This document shows, in pieces, positions 29,199-36,519 of a DNA stretch of 54,866 nt (position 1 is its first letter; every line of letters begins with the position of its first letter). This DNA is from a virus (Duplodnaviria; Caudoviricetes). A model generated the notes under the pieces. That model saw only the letters and a program-made list of their open reading frames with translations. It searched no databases and had not been told where the DNA came from. The stretch spans positions 1 through 54,866 of the IMG/VR virus record IMGVR_UViG_3300043425_000164; one strand, written 5' to 3'. Both the position numbers and the translations under genes were made by a program.

Positions 29199-29347
29199 TT
29201 TTTAACTGCCTTCTTAGTCGTTTTCTTAGCCGCTGGTTTCGCAGTACGCACCTGTTTTTTGGCTGGTGTGGATTTAACTTCTGCTTTGGGTAGGGGCTTT
29301 CGGGGACGGAAATAATCTAAAAGTTTTTGCATTGCTGCCGTTATCAT
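29195..29347 (-). CDS. 50-aa Lys/Ala-rich basic protein (not in the ORF track)
   Basis: SD AAGGAGAG; PAKK/AAKK repeats. Confidence 0.7.
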   Translation of the reverse strand: MITAAMQKLLDYFRPRKPLPKAEVKSTPAKKQVRTAKPAAKKTTKKAVKK

Positions 29348-29363
29348 GGTTCTCTCCTTTTGA

Positions 29364-29436
29364 TGGGGCTACTCGCTGCACTGGAACTCCCGGTAAGGAG
29401 TCTGTTTGGCCAAACCCAGCATTTGCTTTCGCCGTA
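29364..29436 (-). ncRNA. Putative structured 5' leader RNA with a loop-E motif
   Basis: GGC-GAAA-GC...GC-GAGUA-GCC closes a junction containing two hairpins; begins at the predicted transcription start. Confidence 0.6.
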
Positions 29437-29442
29437 GTGTGG

Positions 29443-29470
29443 ATAATACATCATGTGTGTCTAATGTCAA
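29443..29470 (-). promoter_or_regulatory. sigma70 promoter of the packaging operon
   Basis: TTGACA-N16-TATTAT. Confidence 0.65.
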
Positions 29471-29846
29471 CACTATTTTTTGAGCGCTTCTTTGATTTGG
29501 GTTTACTGGCTCTATGCTCAGCGTAGTGATGCTTTCTGTGGCAGTTGGCGCATAGTACGATGCACTTCTCTCGGATCTCTTTGATTGCTTGTCCAATCAT
29601 GCCATCGTGAACGAGTTTAAAGACCTTACGGTTTGATGGATCTCTAACTACGTGGTGGAAGTCTAAGGCTGCTGGATGATTCTCCCCACAATTGCTGCAC
29701 TGCAGCGTTTTCTTAAATTCATGCCACTCTTTGCGCAGACGTCTTCGCCTTGCTGCCACTGCGTCTTTAACCTTCTGCTTATGGTTCTCGTAGTGGCGCC
29801 GTTGGGCTTCTAGCTTTCTCGGATCGTTCGGATCTTTGTAGGGCAT
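29451..29846 (-). CDS. HNH endonuclease-like protein
   Basis: CSNCGENHPAALDFHH...CIVLCANCHRKHH; probable start MPYKDP. Confidence 0.85.
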   Translation of the reverse strand: MPYKDPNDPRKLEAQRRHYENHKQKVKDAVAARRRRLRKEWHEFKKTLQCSNCGENHPAALDFHHVVRDPSNRKVFKLVHDGMIGQAIKEIREKCIVLCANCHRKHHYAEHRASKPKSKKRSKNSVDIRHT

Positions 29847-29852
29847 TGCGTG

Positions 29853-29881
29853 AATGTAATGTTTTGTATACACATTGTCAA
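29853..29881 (-). promoter_or_regulatory. sigma70 promoter, probably giving a leaderless HNH mRNA
   Basis: TTGACA-N17-TACATT; the ATG begins 7 nt after the -10 box. Confidence 0.6.
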
Positions 29882-29900
29882 CATGGGATAAACCCTAGGT

Positions 29901-29993
29901 GTGGGCGCGGATTTGATGAGCTACTAGCTGTAGGTATGAAGGCAGAAAAAATCCCTACTTGTCATATCCTCCGATGTCTGCCTGACCGCCCAC
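29901..29993. ncRNA. Putative compact pseudoknotted RNA
   Basis: Complementary pairs GTGGGCG/CGCCCAC, AGGCAGA/TCTGCCT, GGATTT/AAATCC and GTAG/CTAC. Confidence 0.55.
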
Positions 29994-30189
29994 TGGGAGT
30001 GTACTTCAGTGTTGTAAAAAAGTGACAGTAAAGCTACATAAACGTTGCCTTAAGTGGGTTAATGCTTCTTTTATGAATCATTATCTATACAACGTGTGTA
30101 TAGTCATATTTTTACCGGGCGCATTACGGCTAATACGTAAGCATGGCCCCCCACCCCCACCCCCTCTGGTCAGGGGGGTATCCCCTTAG

Positions 30190-30630
30190 CCCTCTGCCTA
30201 TGGTGTAGGTCGAGGCATTTAGTCCTCTGCCTATATCGCAGAGCACCGCTACGGGTTGATCTCTACCTGAGTATCCTTGAGATTATGGCGAGTAGGTTGT
30301 CCGTGCTGAATGTTGAGTCATTCTGATACTTAGTAGGCACAATGGATTTGCTGAAACCATGCGGGATAGTATCCGTGTAAAAGTGAGCAGAATACCGCTT
30401 ACACACCTGAGCGAACCGCACTTGACCTAGATGTCAAGATTTGGGTAGATTACCTGAACCGCAGTGTTCGAGTAATAGCGTATCTCCCCAAAGTGTCGAA
30501 AACAATGGCAGACACAGGCACAGGGTTATGAGAATTCCTACCCTTGAGTGCAAAGGTATTAGGTCAAACCTCGATACCCCATAACACTCAAGGGGTTTTT
30601 ATCAAGTGCATTAGCAATAGTGTGCTTGAT
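30190..30630 (+). ncRNA. Putative long, hairpin-dense non-coding RNA or early leader
   Basis: About 10 consecutive stem-loops; no ORF of 60 aa or more; terminator-like stem at 30541-30600. Confidence 0.5.
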
Positions 30631-30659
30631 TCTGACTAACTTACTTAACAGGAAAAATC

Positions 30660-31172
30660 ATGGCTCTATTAAATGCTAAAGACCTCGAATCAAAAATTGC
30701 ACAAATTGGCAAAACCGCTGGTGAGTTGCAGTCTGAGATTCAAATCGCCGCAGTAAATGCAATTGGTTATTCAATCGAGCATGGTGATATTCGCTACGGG
30801 CAGAAGTTGTTTGATGTATTGCCTAGCGGTGTTCGTCGTGCTAGTTTGGTAGCTTTCCTCGAAAAGCATGGCAATTTTGCCTACCTCAAAGAGGACAAGA
30901 AGTTTGCGTTTTACAAGGCTCAGGATTCCTTTGACGAAGTCGCTTTATTGGCTACATCATGGGCTTCCGCTAAGACTGAGAACATCACATCTGAGTATGA
31001 TGTGCAGAAGATGTTTGACAGCCTCATGAAACGCATCGAGTCCGCTATCAAGAAGTCTGGTGATGGCTCGGTTAAGGTTCTCAATACACCCCTGTATGAC
31101 TACCTTCAAGAAGCACAAGACCGCTTCAATGCCGAGCGTGAGTTCGTGCAACCCGAAGTCAAAGTAGCGTAA
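30660..31172 (+). CDS. First early protein, hypothetical
   Basis: AGGA SD; HGD...L...LPSGVRR..L..F pattern recalled from early genes of other podoviruses. Confidence 0.8.
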   Translation: MALLNAKDLESKIAQIGKTAGELQSEIQIAAVNAIGYSIEHGDIRYGQKLFDVLPSGVRRASLVAFLEKHGNFAYLKEDKKFAFYKAQDSFDEVALLATSWASAKTENITSEYDVQKMFDSLMKRIESAIKKSGDGSVKVLNTPLYDYLQEAQDRFNAEREFVQPEVKVA

Positions 31173-31183
31173 TCTCGCACCCT

Positions 31184-31203
31184 GCACCGCCTACGGGCGG
31201 TGC
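31184..31203 (+). other. GC-rich hairpin with cUACGg loop (RNA stability or processing element)
   Basis: GCACCGC-CTACGG-GCGGTGC with no U-tract. Confidence 0.55.
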
Positions 31204-31238
31204 TACATTAAATCCACAACACTCATTGGAGTTATCTT

Positions 31239-31412
31239 ATGGGCTATTCTCTGCAATGTTTGAAGTTTGCTAATCCTGTAATCCCCAAGGGTGCGTATGC
31301 ATCCAAGACTTATGCCAACAAACGGGACAACCGCAAACCATCTGCCGTAGAAATTTATAAACCAAACGCATCAGGTGCATTAGAACTTGTAGTGCGTGTA
31401 TCAATTAAATGA
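31239..31412 (+). CDS. Hypothetical 57-aa protein (not in the ORF track)
   Basis: GGAG SD; MGYSLQCLKFANP... Confidence 0.6.
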   Translation: MGYSLQCLKFANPVIPKGAYASKTYANKRDNRKPSAVEIYKPNASGALELVVRVSIK

Positions 31413-31443
31413 ATTATGTGTGTCCGATGTATCCACAAGTGGG

Positions 31444-31731
31444 GTAATTATCCAATTTGAGGGTGTTAAAAAACGGATAATTACAACGGATAATTACAAA
31501 CCCTTATAAATCAATACTTTGGAAGGGTATTTATCTAATTATCCAATTATCCAATAAAAATATATATATCGAAAAGTATTTGGATTGCTTGGACACTATG
31601 TGTGCGTGTATGAATATATCTCTCGTATATGGATTATATAGGGGGGCATTTTCCGAAAATCAGCAAAACGGATAATTACATGCAACCCATTGAATTCATT
31701 ACACTTTGTATTTATCCATTCTAATTATCCG
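31444..31731. repeat. Iteron-like GGATAATTAC repeats in both orientations within an AT-rich non-coding region
   Basis: About 7 copies; ACGGATAATTACA occurs three times. Confidence 0.8.
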
Positions 31732-31800
31732 CTTTCTATCCCACCCAAAAACTACATAAAATCCATTCAATCCATCACATTTTTTAGAGGAATCCCGATC

Positions 31801-31959
31801 ATGCAAAACTTCGACGCATACGAAAAAGACCGTAAAAAATTCATCGAATCCACAAAACCCCCGATTGAGGAGCGGTATGGAAATCTGCTTTTAGGGTTCA
31901 CGATCCTCTATTTCGGAGGTCATCTCATATATCAGTTATACCTACATTGGGGAGGGTAA
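31801..31959 (+). CDS. Small membrane protein
   Basis: GAGG SD before MQNFD; C-terminal transmembrane segment. Confidence 0.65.
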   Translation: MQNFDAYEKDRKKFIESTKPPIEERYGNLLLGFTILYFGGHLIYQLYLHWGG

Positions 31960-31963
31960 TCAA

Positions 31964-32191
31964 ATGAATTATTTGTGCGTAGCTTGTTACGGAGGTCATG
32001 TCAATCCAGAACGGGCAAAAGCCCTAACTAAAAACAATCAACCCATCACATGCATCGAATGTGGTGATGCACTAGCCAAACAAAAGGCGAAGATGTATAC
32101 AGTTGCACCGATGCACAAATCTAACTATGTTCTTGTAACTAATCGGGATGACCTGAAAGGTTTGAACAATAAGGGAGGGCTGATTAAATGA
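31964..32191 (+). CDS. Zinc-finger protein (DksA/TraR-like C4)
   Basis: CVAC...ERAKAL...CIEC. Confidence 0.7.
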   Translation: MNYLCVACYGGHVNPERAKALTKNNQPITCIECGDALAKQKAKMYTVAPMHKSNYVLVTNRDDLKGLNNKGGLIK

Positions 32192-32784
32192 CCGCTCGAA
32201 TAGATTTGACAGGAAAGCAGTTCAATAGGCTAACAGTCCTAGGGTATTCACATACAGATACACGTGGTCAAGCAAAGTGGCTTTGTCGGTGTGAGTGCGG
32301 GACAGAGAAGACCTATTTCGGAAGTTCTCTTAAAAAGAAAAATACCCAATCTTGCGGGTGTTTGCATAGGGACATCATAAGCGGTATGAATAATTACCAA
32401 GCGAAACGAGCATTAGAAAAGCATGGGGATTACATACGAGCAGATGACCCATGGTATGAGAGGGCGGGTGCACTCATGAGAAATGCGAAACGAAACAACG
32501 TGCATGTTGAATTTGAATCAATCGCTGAGTTTGCTCTCTATGTGAAGTCCATCGCACCCGAAAAATGCCCTGTATTTGGGGTGAAGTTCGCTGAGACAGG
32601 TAATGGATATAGTCCTTGGAGTCCGAGCATAGACAAAATTATTCCTGAAAAGGGGTATGCGAGGGGCAACATACAGATTATTAGTTATATGGCTAATGCC
32701 ATGAAGCGAGACGCCTCAATCAAACAACTTATACAGTTTGCGTATTGGATATTAAAAACTTTTGTTAAGGCAAAACATGCCTAA
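32188..32784 (+). CDS. Homing-endonuclease-like HNH protein
   Basis: IDLTGKQFNRLTVL...WLCRCECG N-terminal domain; SIDKIIPEKGYARGNIQIIS..AN..K nuclease motif. Confidence 0.8.
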   Translation: MTARIDLTGKQFNRLTVLGYSHTDTRGQAKWLCRCECGTEKTYFGSSLKKKNTQSCGCLHRDIISGMNNYQAKRALEKHGDYIRADDPWYERAGALMRNAKRNNVHVEFESIAEFALYVKSIAPEKCPVFGVKFAETGNGYSPWSPSIDKIIPEKGYARGNIQIISYMANAMKRDASIKQLIQFAYWILKTFVKAKHA

Positions 32785-32965
32785 ATACATAGCACTCATC
32801 ATATCCATAGTATCCCTAGCTTTTCTTATTGGGTATTTGCTACATATAATTAGTGAAGACATGAAAGGGAATCCCAATGGCGACACATTACAAAGGAAAA
32901 CCGATCGAGGAAATACTCGACGAACTACGAACGGCAAAAGACGTATTCGATCAGGTAGACCCTGA
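32777..32965 (+). CDS. Small membrane protein
   Basis: N-terminal transmembrane segment; overlaps its neighbours. Confidence 0.5.
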   Translation: MPKYIALIISIVSLAFLIGYLLHIISEDMKGNPNGDTLQRKTDRGNTRRTTNGKRRIRSGRP

Positions 32966-33071
32966 CTCATTAGACCATTCCATGTTTGCCAAGGTGTGTA
33001 GAGGTTATGCATATATCGCTATCGCCAAGGCAAAACTAACCGCATTACAACGGGAGGACATTAAACCATGA
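32877..33071 (+). CDS. Hypothetical protein
   Basis: ORF in a tightly packed operon. Confidence 0.65.
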   Translation: MATHYKGKPIEEILDELRTAKDVFDQVDPDSLDHSMFAKVCRGYAYIAIAKAKLTALQREDIKP

Positions 33072-33337
33072 CAACATTTACCACAGAGGACAGAGTAATG
33101 GCAGAAGTAATTAAACCCGTGGAGCTGCCAGCGGGCAACGACTTACGACCCAAGCTACAAATTGTTGTGCAACTTAAAACCAACTACGGACAACAGACAA
33201 TCTATCCGATCTGCGACAAGGCTAAGAAGTTCGCATACCTTTTGAATCAAACGACTCTCACCCCGCACAACATTCGGGTAATAAAAGACCTAGGCTATGA
33301 AGTCGTGGTCAAACCATCGGAACCGAGGACACTATGA
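33068..33337 (+). CDS. Hypothetical protein
   Basis: GGAGG SD; NYG...YP.C..AK.FA.L...TLT motif. Confidence 0.75.
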   Translation: MTTFTTEDRVMAEVIKPVELPAGNDLRPKLQIVVQLKTNYGQQTIYPICDKAKKFAYLLNQTTLTPHNIRVIKDLGYEVVVKPSEPRTL

Positions 33338-33678
33338 AACGTATTTATGCAGTAGATGATGCAGTAGAACAAATAGAAAACCTCACCGAATTCCAACTCA
33401 AACGACCTGACCAAACACCCATATTCTCAGTAAATCGGGAAAAGACTTATACGGTTTATTCATATGGAGAACATTACCCAATGTATGTATACGATAGGAC
33501 TGTTGATCGTTGGTATGGTAATGCAGACAAATACTCTCGCACGACATCGAAGCACATGAATAAGTTACGACCTGAGTGTGGGGTGTATCAGTATGTAAAT
33601 ACAGCTAGGCTTAAAGTAATAGCATACAATGGCATACTTCAAACTGTTACTAACCGAATGGAAGAGAGTTATGCCTAG
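33334..33678 (+). CDS. Hypothetical protein
   Basis: YTVYSYG...KYSRTTSKH motif. Confidence 0.75.
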   Translation: MKRIYAVDDAVEQIENLTEFQLKRPDQTPIFSVNREKTYTVYSYGEHYPMYVYDRTVDRWYGNADKYSRTTSKHMNKLRPECGVYQYVNTARLKVIAYNGILQTVTNRMEESYA

Positions 33679-33883
33679 ATCGTATATCCCCAAATCATTT
33701 GGGGCAATAGAAAGACCTGACCGCACCGCACCAACTCAGAGGGCTATGACGCTCGAAGAGATCGCTGATGTATTTGGCACAAGTCGGGAACGGATCAGGC
33801 AGATAGAGCAAATGGCACTCCGTAAGATACGGGGTAGGCTACGAGCAAGAGGAATAGATATTAAAGATTACTTACCTGACTAG
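33671..33883 (+). CDS. Stand-alone sigma70 region 4 protein, copy 1
   Basis: MTLEEIADVFGTSRERIRQIEQMALRKIR closely matches RpoD region 4.2. Confidence 0.85.
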   Translation: MPRSYIPKSFGAIERPDRTAPTQRAMTLEEIADVFGTSRERIRQIEQMALRKIRGRLRARGIDIKDYLPD

Positions 33884-33890
33884 GACTAAC

Positions 33891-34079
33891 ATGCCATCTA
33901 AAAAACCAAAGACTAAACCGTTTGACGGAATTCCCCGAGCCATGACGCTTGAGGAAGTAAGCACAGTCCTTGGCTTGAGTAGGGAAAGTATTAGCCGTAT
34001 CGAAAAGCGAGCGATGTATAAGATCGAATCGTATCTACGAGCAAGGCGAACAAAGAAGGAAGACTTACTTCCTGATTAG
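33891..34079 (+). CDS. Stand-alone sigma70 region 4 protein, copy 2
   Basis: MTLEEVSTVLGLSRESISRIEKRAMYKI; shares RAMTLEE, LRAR and D.LPD with copy 1. Confidence 0.8.
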   Translation: MPSKKPKTKPFDGIPRAMTLEEVSTVLGLSRESISRIEKRAMYKIESYLRARRTKKEDLLPD

Positions 34080-34122
34080 GGTAACTCCTACCTAGGGTTT
34101 TCCCTAGGTGTGAAGTGCAGTG

Positions 34123-34150
34123 GGGCAGACCTTAGGGTTCTGCCTTTTTT
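34123..34150 (+). terminator. Intrinsic terminator
   Basis: GGCAGA...TCTGCC followed by TTTTTT. Confidence 0.75.
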
Positions 34151-34174
34151 ATTATTAACTTACTGAAAGGCAAT

Positions 34175-35158
34175 ATGAAATTCTCTGACATAAAACAATC
34201 CATAGTGGCTCAGTTCAACACCACTAACGCAGTTGTGCCATACATTGAGGGTGCGCCAGGCGGCGGCAAGTCTGCACTTGCAAAACTTATTGGTAAGGAA
34301 CTTGGCTTTGAACGAGTCGAGATGTTCTTTGCATCCTTGCGTGACCCAGTCGATTTGCTCGGCACACCGAACAACAACGGCGAAGTAACGACATGGAAAC
34401 CACCTGAGGAATTCCACTCACTTCAAACTGGTCGCAATCTTTTAATTCTTGACGAACTCTCTGACGCTGTAACGCCGATGCAGAATGCATTGTGCGGTCT
34501 GATTCTTGAGCGGAGAAGCGGTCGGGTTCACCTATCACCGCAGACCTACATCATCGCCACGGGCAACCGAACCAAAGACAAGTCGGGTGCAAACCGAATC
34601 GTGTCTAAATTGCGTGGTCGTGTTCGCACATTTGAATACACCGAGAACATCGACGATTGGGCTGAGTGGGCTTTGATGAACGACATCGATCCTGTATTGA
34701 TTCAGTTCTTGCGTTTTAGACCTGACTTACTCTCAGCGTTTGACCCTGACAAAATCTGCCCGACACCTCGTAATTGGGAGCGTGTGAATCAGATTCCTAC
34801 TGAACTACCCACAGAAATCTATTTTGGTAATGTGGCTGGCGATGTGGGCGAGGGTGCGGCGGCTGAGTATACAGGCTTTCGTCGTATCTACGAGAACCTA
34901 CCGAATATCGATGGGATTCTCATGAACCCAAGCAAAGCGGAAGTTCCCAAAGACCCCGCAGTTCTTTATGCATTGACGGGTGCATTGGCACATAAGACAT
35001 CGAAGGATAACTTTGACAGAGTCGCAGAATATGTGGACAAACTTTCTCCCGAGTTCCAAGTGATGTGCGTGTCCGATGCCATGAAGTTGAAGCCTGAAAT
35101 CAAAACAACTAAAGCATTTGTCAATTGGGCGGTTAAGAACTCTAACGTAATGATCTAA
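34175..35158 (+). CDS. MoxR-like AAA+ ATPase
   Basis: Walker A GAPGGGKS, Walker B LILDE, ATGN sensor motif, PTPRNW. Confidence 0.88.
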   Translation: MKFSDIKQSIVAQFNTTNAVVPYIEGAPGGGKSALAKLIGKELGFERVEMFFASLRDPVDLLGTPNNNGEVTTWKPPEEFHSLQTGRNLLILDELSDAVTPMQNALCGLILERRSGRVHLSPQTYIIATGNRTKDKSGANRIVSKLRGRVRTFEYTENIDDWAEWALMNDIDPVLIQFLRFRPDLLSAFDPDKICPTPRNWERVNQIPTELPTEIYFGNVAGDVGEGAAAEYTGFRRIYENLPNIDGILMNPSKAEVPKDPAVLYALTGALAHKTSKDNFDRVAEYVDKLSPEFQVMCVSDAMKLKPEIKTTKAFVNWAVKNSNVMI

Positions 35159-35167
35159 GGAGGTCAT

Positions 35168-35431
35168 ATGTATTGGAATCATAGACTAGTAAATGTAGCC
35201 AAGGACAACGATGGCGAGGATTACTTCCAAGTCTCCGAAGTCTTTTACAACGATGCGGGACAACCCGTGGGGTATACAAGTGCTGACGTAAGTGGCGAGA
35301 CCATGGAGGAAGTATTACTTACCTTGCAGAGATTTGCCGAGGCAGTCAAACATCCAATCCTCAACGCTGAGACAGACTTTATAGGCGAGTTTGAGGAAGA
35401 CGATGACGAACCTACGGGAGATTTGCACTAA
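35168..35431 (+). CDS. Hypothetical acidic protein
   Basis: WNHR...EVFY motif; GGAGG SD. Confidence 0.75.
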   Translation: MYWNHRLVNVAKDNDGEDYFQVSEVFYNDAGQPVGYTSADVSGETMEEVLLTLQRFAEAVKHPILNAETDFIGEFEEDDDEPTGDLH

Positions 35432-35940
35432 TGGGATGCGACATTCACATGATGATCGAGGCGAAAGCCAAGACACAAAAGCATGGCGATGTATGGGTCA
35501 CAGTCAATTCATTAAATGCAGTTTACCCCGATGGTTTAGTCCGAGCAGATAGATTGGAAGACTCACCGTATGGGTATCACTACCGTATTGAGATGCGTAA
35601 CTACCACTTCTTTGCAGACATAGCGTGTGTGAGGGGTGAGGGTGAGTATCAAGATAGGGGTTTACCCGATGATGTATCAGCACTAGCACTAGCGTATTCA
35701 GAAAGCTGGGGCTATGACGGACATTCCCATTCATACCTGTATGCCGACGAGATGATACCGCTTTATATCAAACACCATCTAAGCGACGAGGAGAAAGCAA
35801 AGCTGGTGTCTGACCGTATGTCAGGGGGATTAAGTGACATACAAGTATTCCATTTAATTATGGAGAGGCATTTCAACATAGCAACACGAGAAGAGGACAA
35901 CCCACAAGATTATCGTTTTGTGTTTTTCTTTGATAACTAA
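35431..35940 (+). CDS. Conserved phage protein (MGCDIH...FFFDN type)
   Basis: RNY.FF, RGLPDD, DGHSHS and RFVFFFDN motifs. Confidence 0.75.
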   Translation: MGCDIHMMIEAKAKTQKHGDVWVTVNSLNAVYPDGLVRADRLEDSPYGYHYRIEMRNYHFFADIACVRGEGEYQDRGLPDDVSALALAYSESWGYDGHSHSYLYADEMIPLYIKHHLSDEEKAKLVSDRMSGGLSDIQVFHLIMERHFNIATREEDNPQDYRFVFFFDN

Positions 35941-35958
35941 CTTACTAACGGAGGACTT

Positions 35959-36519
35959 ATGGCTAACCTAGAGCCAAAACGTATTAACTATAAGTATGAC
36001 CTGATGCACTTAAACACCCCGTCGTTTGCATCGACGACAGTCACATGGGATACAAGCAAACTAACCAAGATCACCAAGAACAGAGTATTAAACGCATTAA
36101 AAACGGGATACATAAAGTTTAGTAGAGGTGATGCGGCAAATATGTATCGAGAAGTTCGTCAGCGGTTTGAGATCCCTGAGTTCATTGTAAATAAACCCAC
36201 AAAGAAGAAAGACTATGTTCAAAGTGGTTATCTCCATTGGGAATTTAAGACTGAAAAACTTAATGAACTAATCAATCTAATTTATCAGACAGAGCGAGTG
36301 GCACGGCGACTCGAGGGCAAGTATTTGCCTTGGTATATGGAACATGACAAACTATCTGACAGTCAAAACTATATGTATCTTGAGCAAGAGCATGACTTGA
36401 GCGAGATAGAAGCAGAGATTGCACGTATTACAAGTGCTGATGAAATTAGAGACAAACGTGAGCAAGCCATAAGATTTGTCGAACAGGGCGGTAAATTAAC
36501 TTTCACATGGAGGGAATAA
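35959..36519 (+). CDS. Hypothetical protein
   Basis: GGAGG SD. Confidence 0.7.
   Translation: MANLEPKRINYKYDLMHLNTPSFASTTVTWDTSKLTKITKNRVLNALKTGYIKFSRGDAANMYREVRQRFEIPEFIVNKPTKKKDYVQSGYLHWEFKTEKLNELINLIYQTERVARRLEGKYLPWYMEHDKLSDSQNYMYLEQEHDLSEIEAEIARITSADEIRDKREQAIRFVEQGGKLTFTWRE

Noticed and set aside
29912-29945. Hammerhead ribozyme (TGATGA...GAA)
   Set aside because: It lacks the CUGANGA start and the GAAA directly after stem II. Kept only as an unclassified structured element.
29874-30659. tRNA genes in the large intergenic region
   Set aside because: No cloverleaf with a canonical T-loop and acceptor stem could be built by eye. tRNAscan-SE or ARAGORN would confirm.
31444-31731. CRISPR array
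   Set aside because: The repeats are short (9-15 bp), irregularly spaced and in both orientations. The Cas4-like gene is a typical stand-alone phage exonuclease.
31690-31800. N-terminal extension of the 31690-31959 ORF
   Set aside because: It overlaps the repeat field, and a better SD and ATG occur at 31801.
32188-32784. Intron- or intein-associated homing endonuclease
   Set aside because: The gene is free-standing between intact small genes. No split polA, terL or capsid gene was seen.
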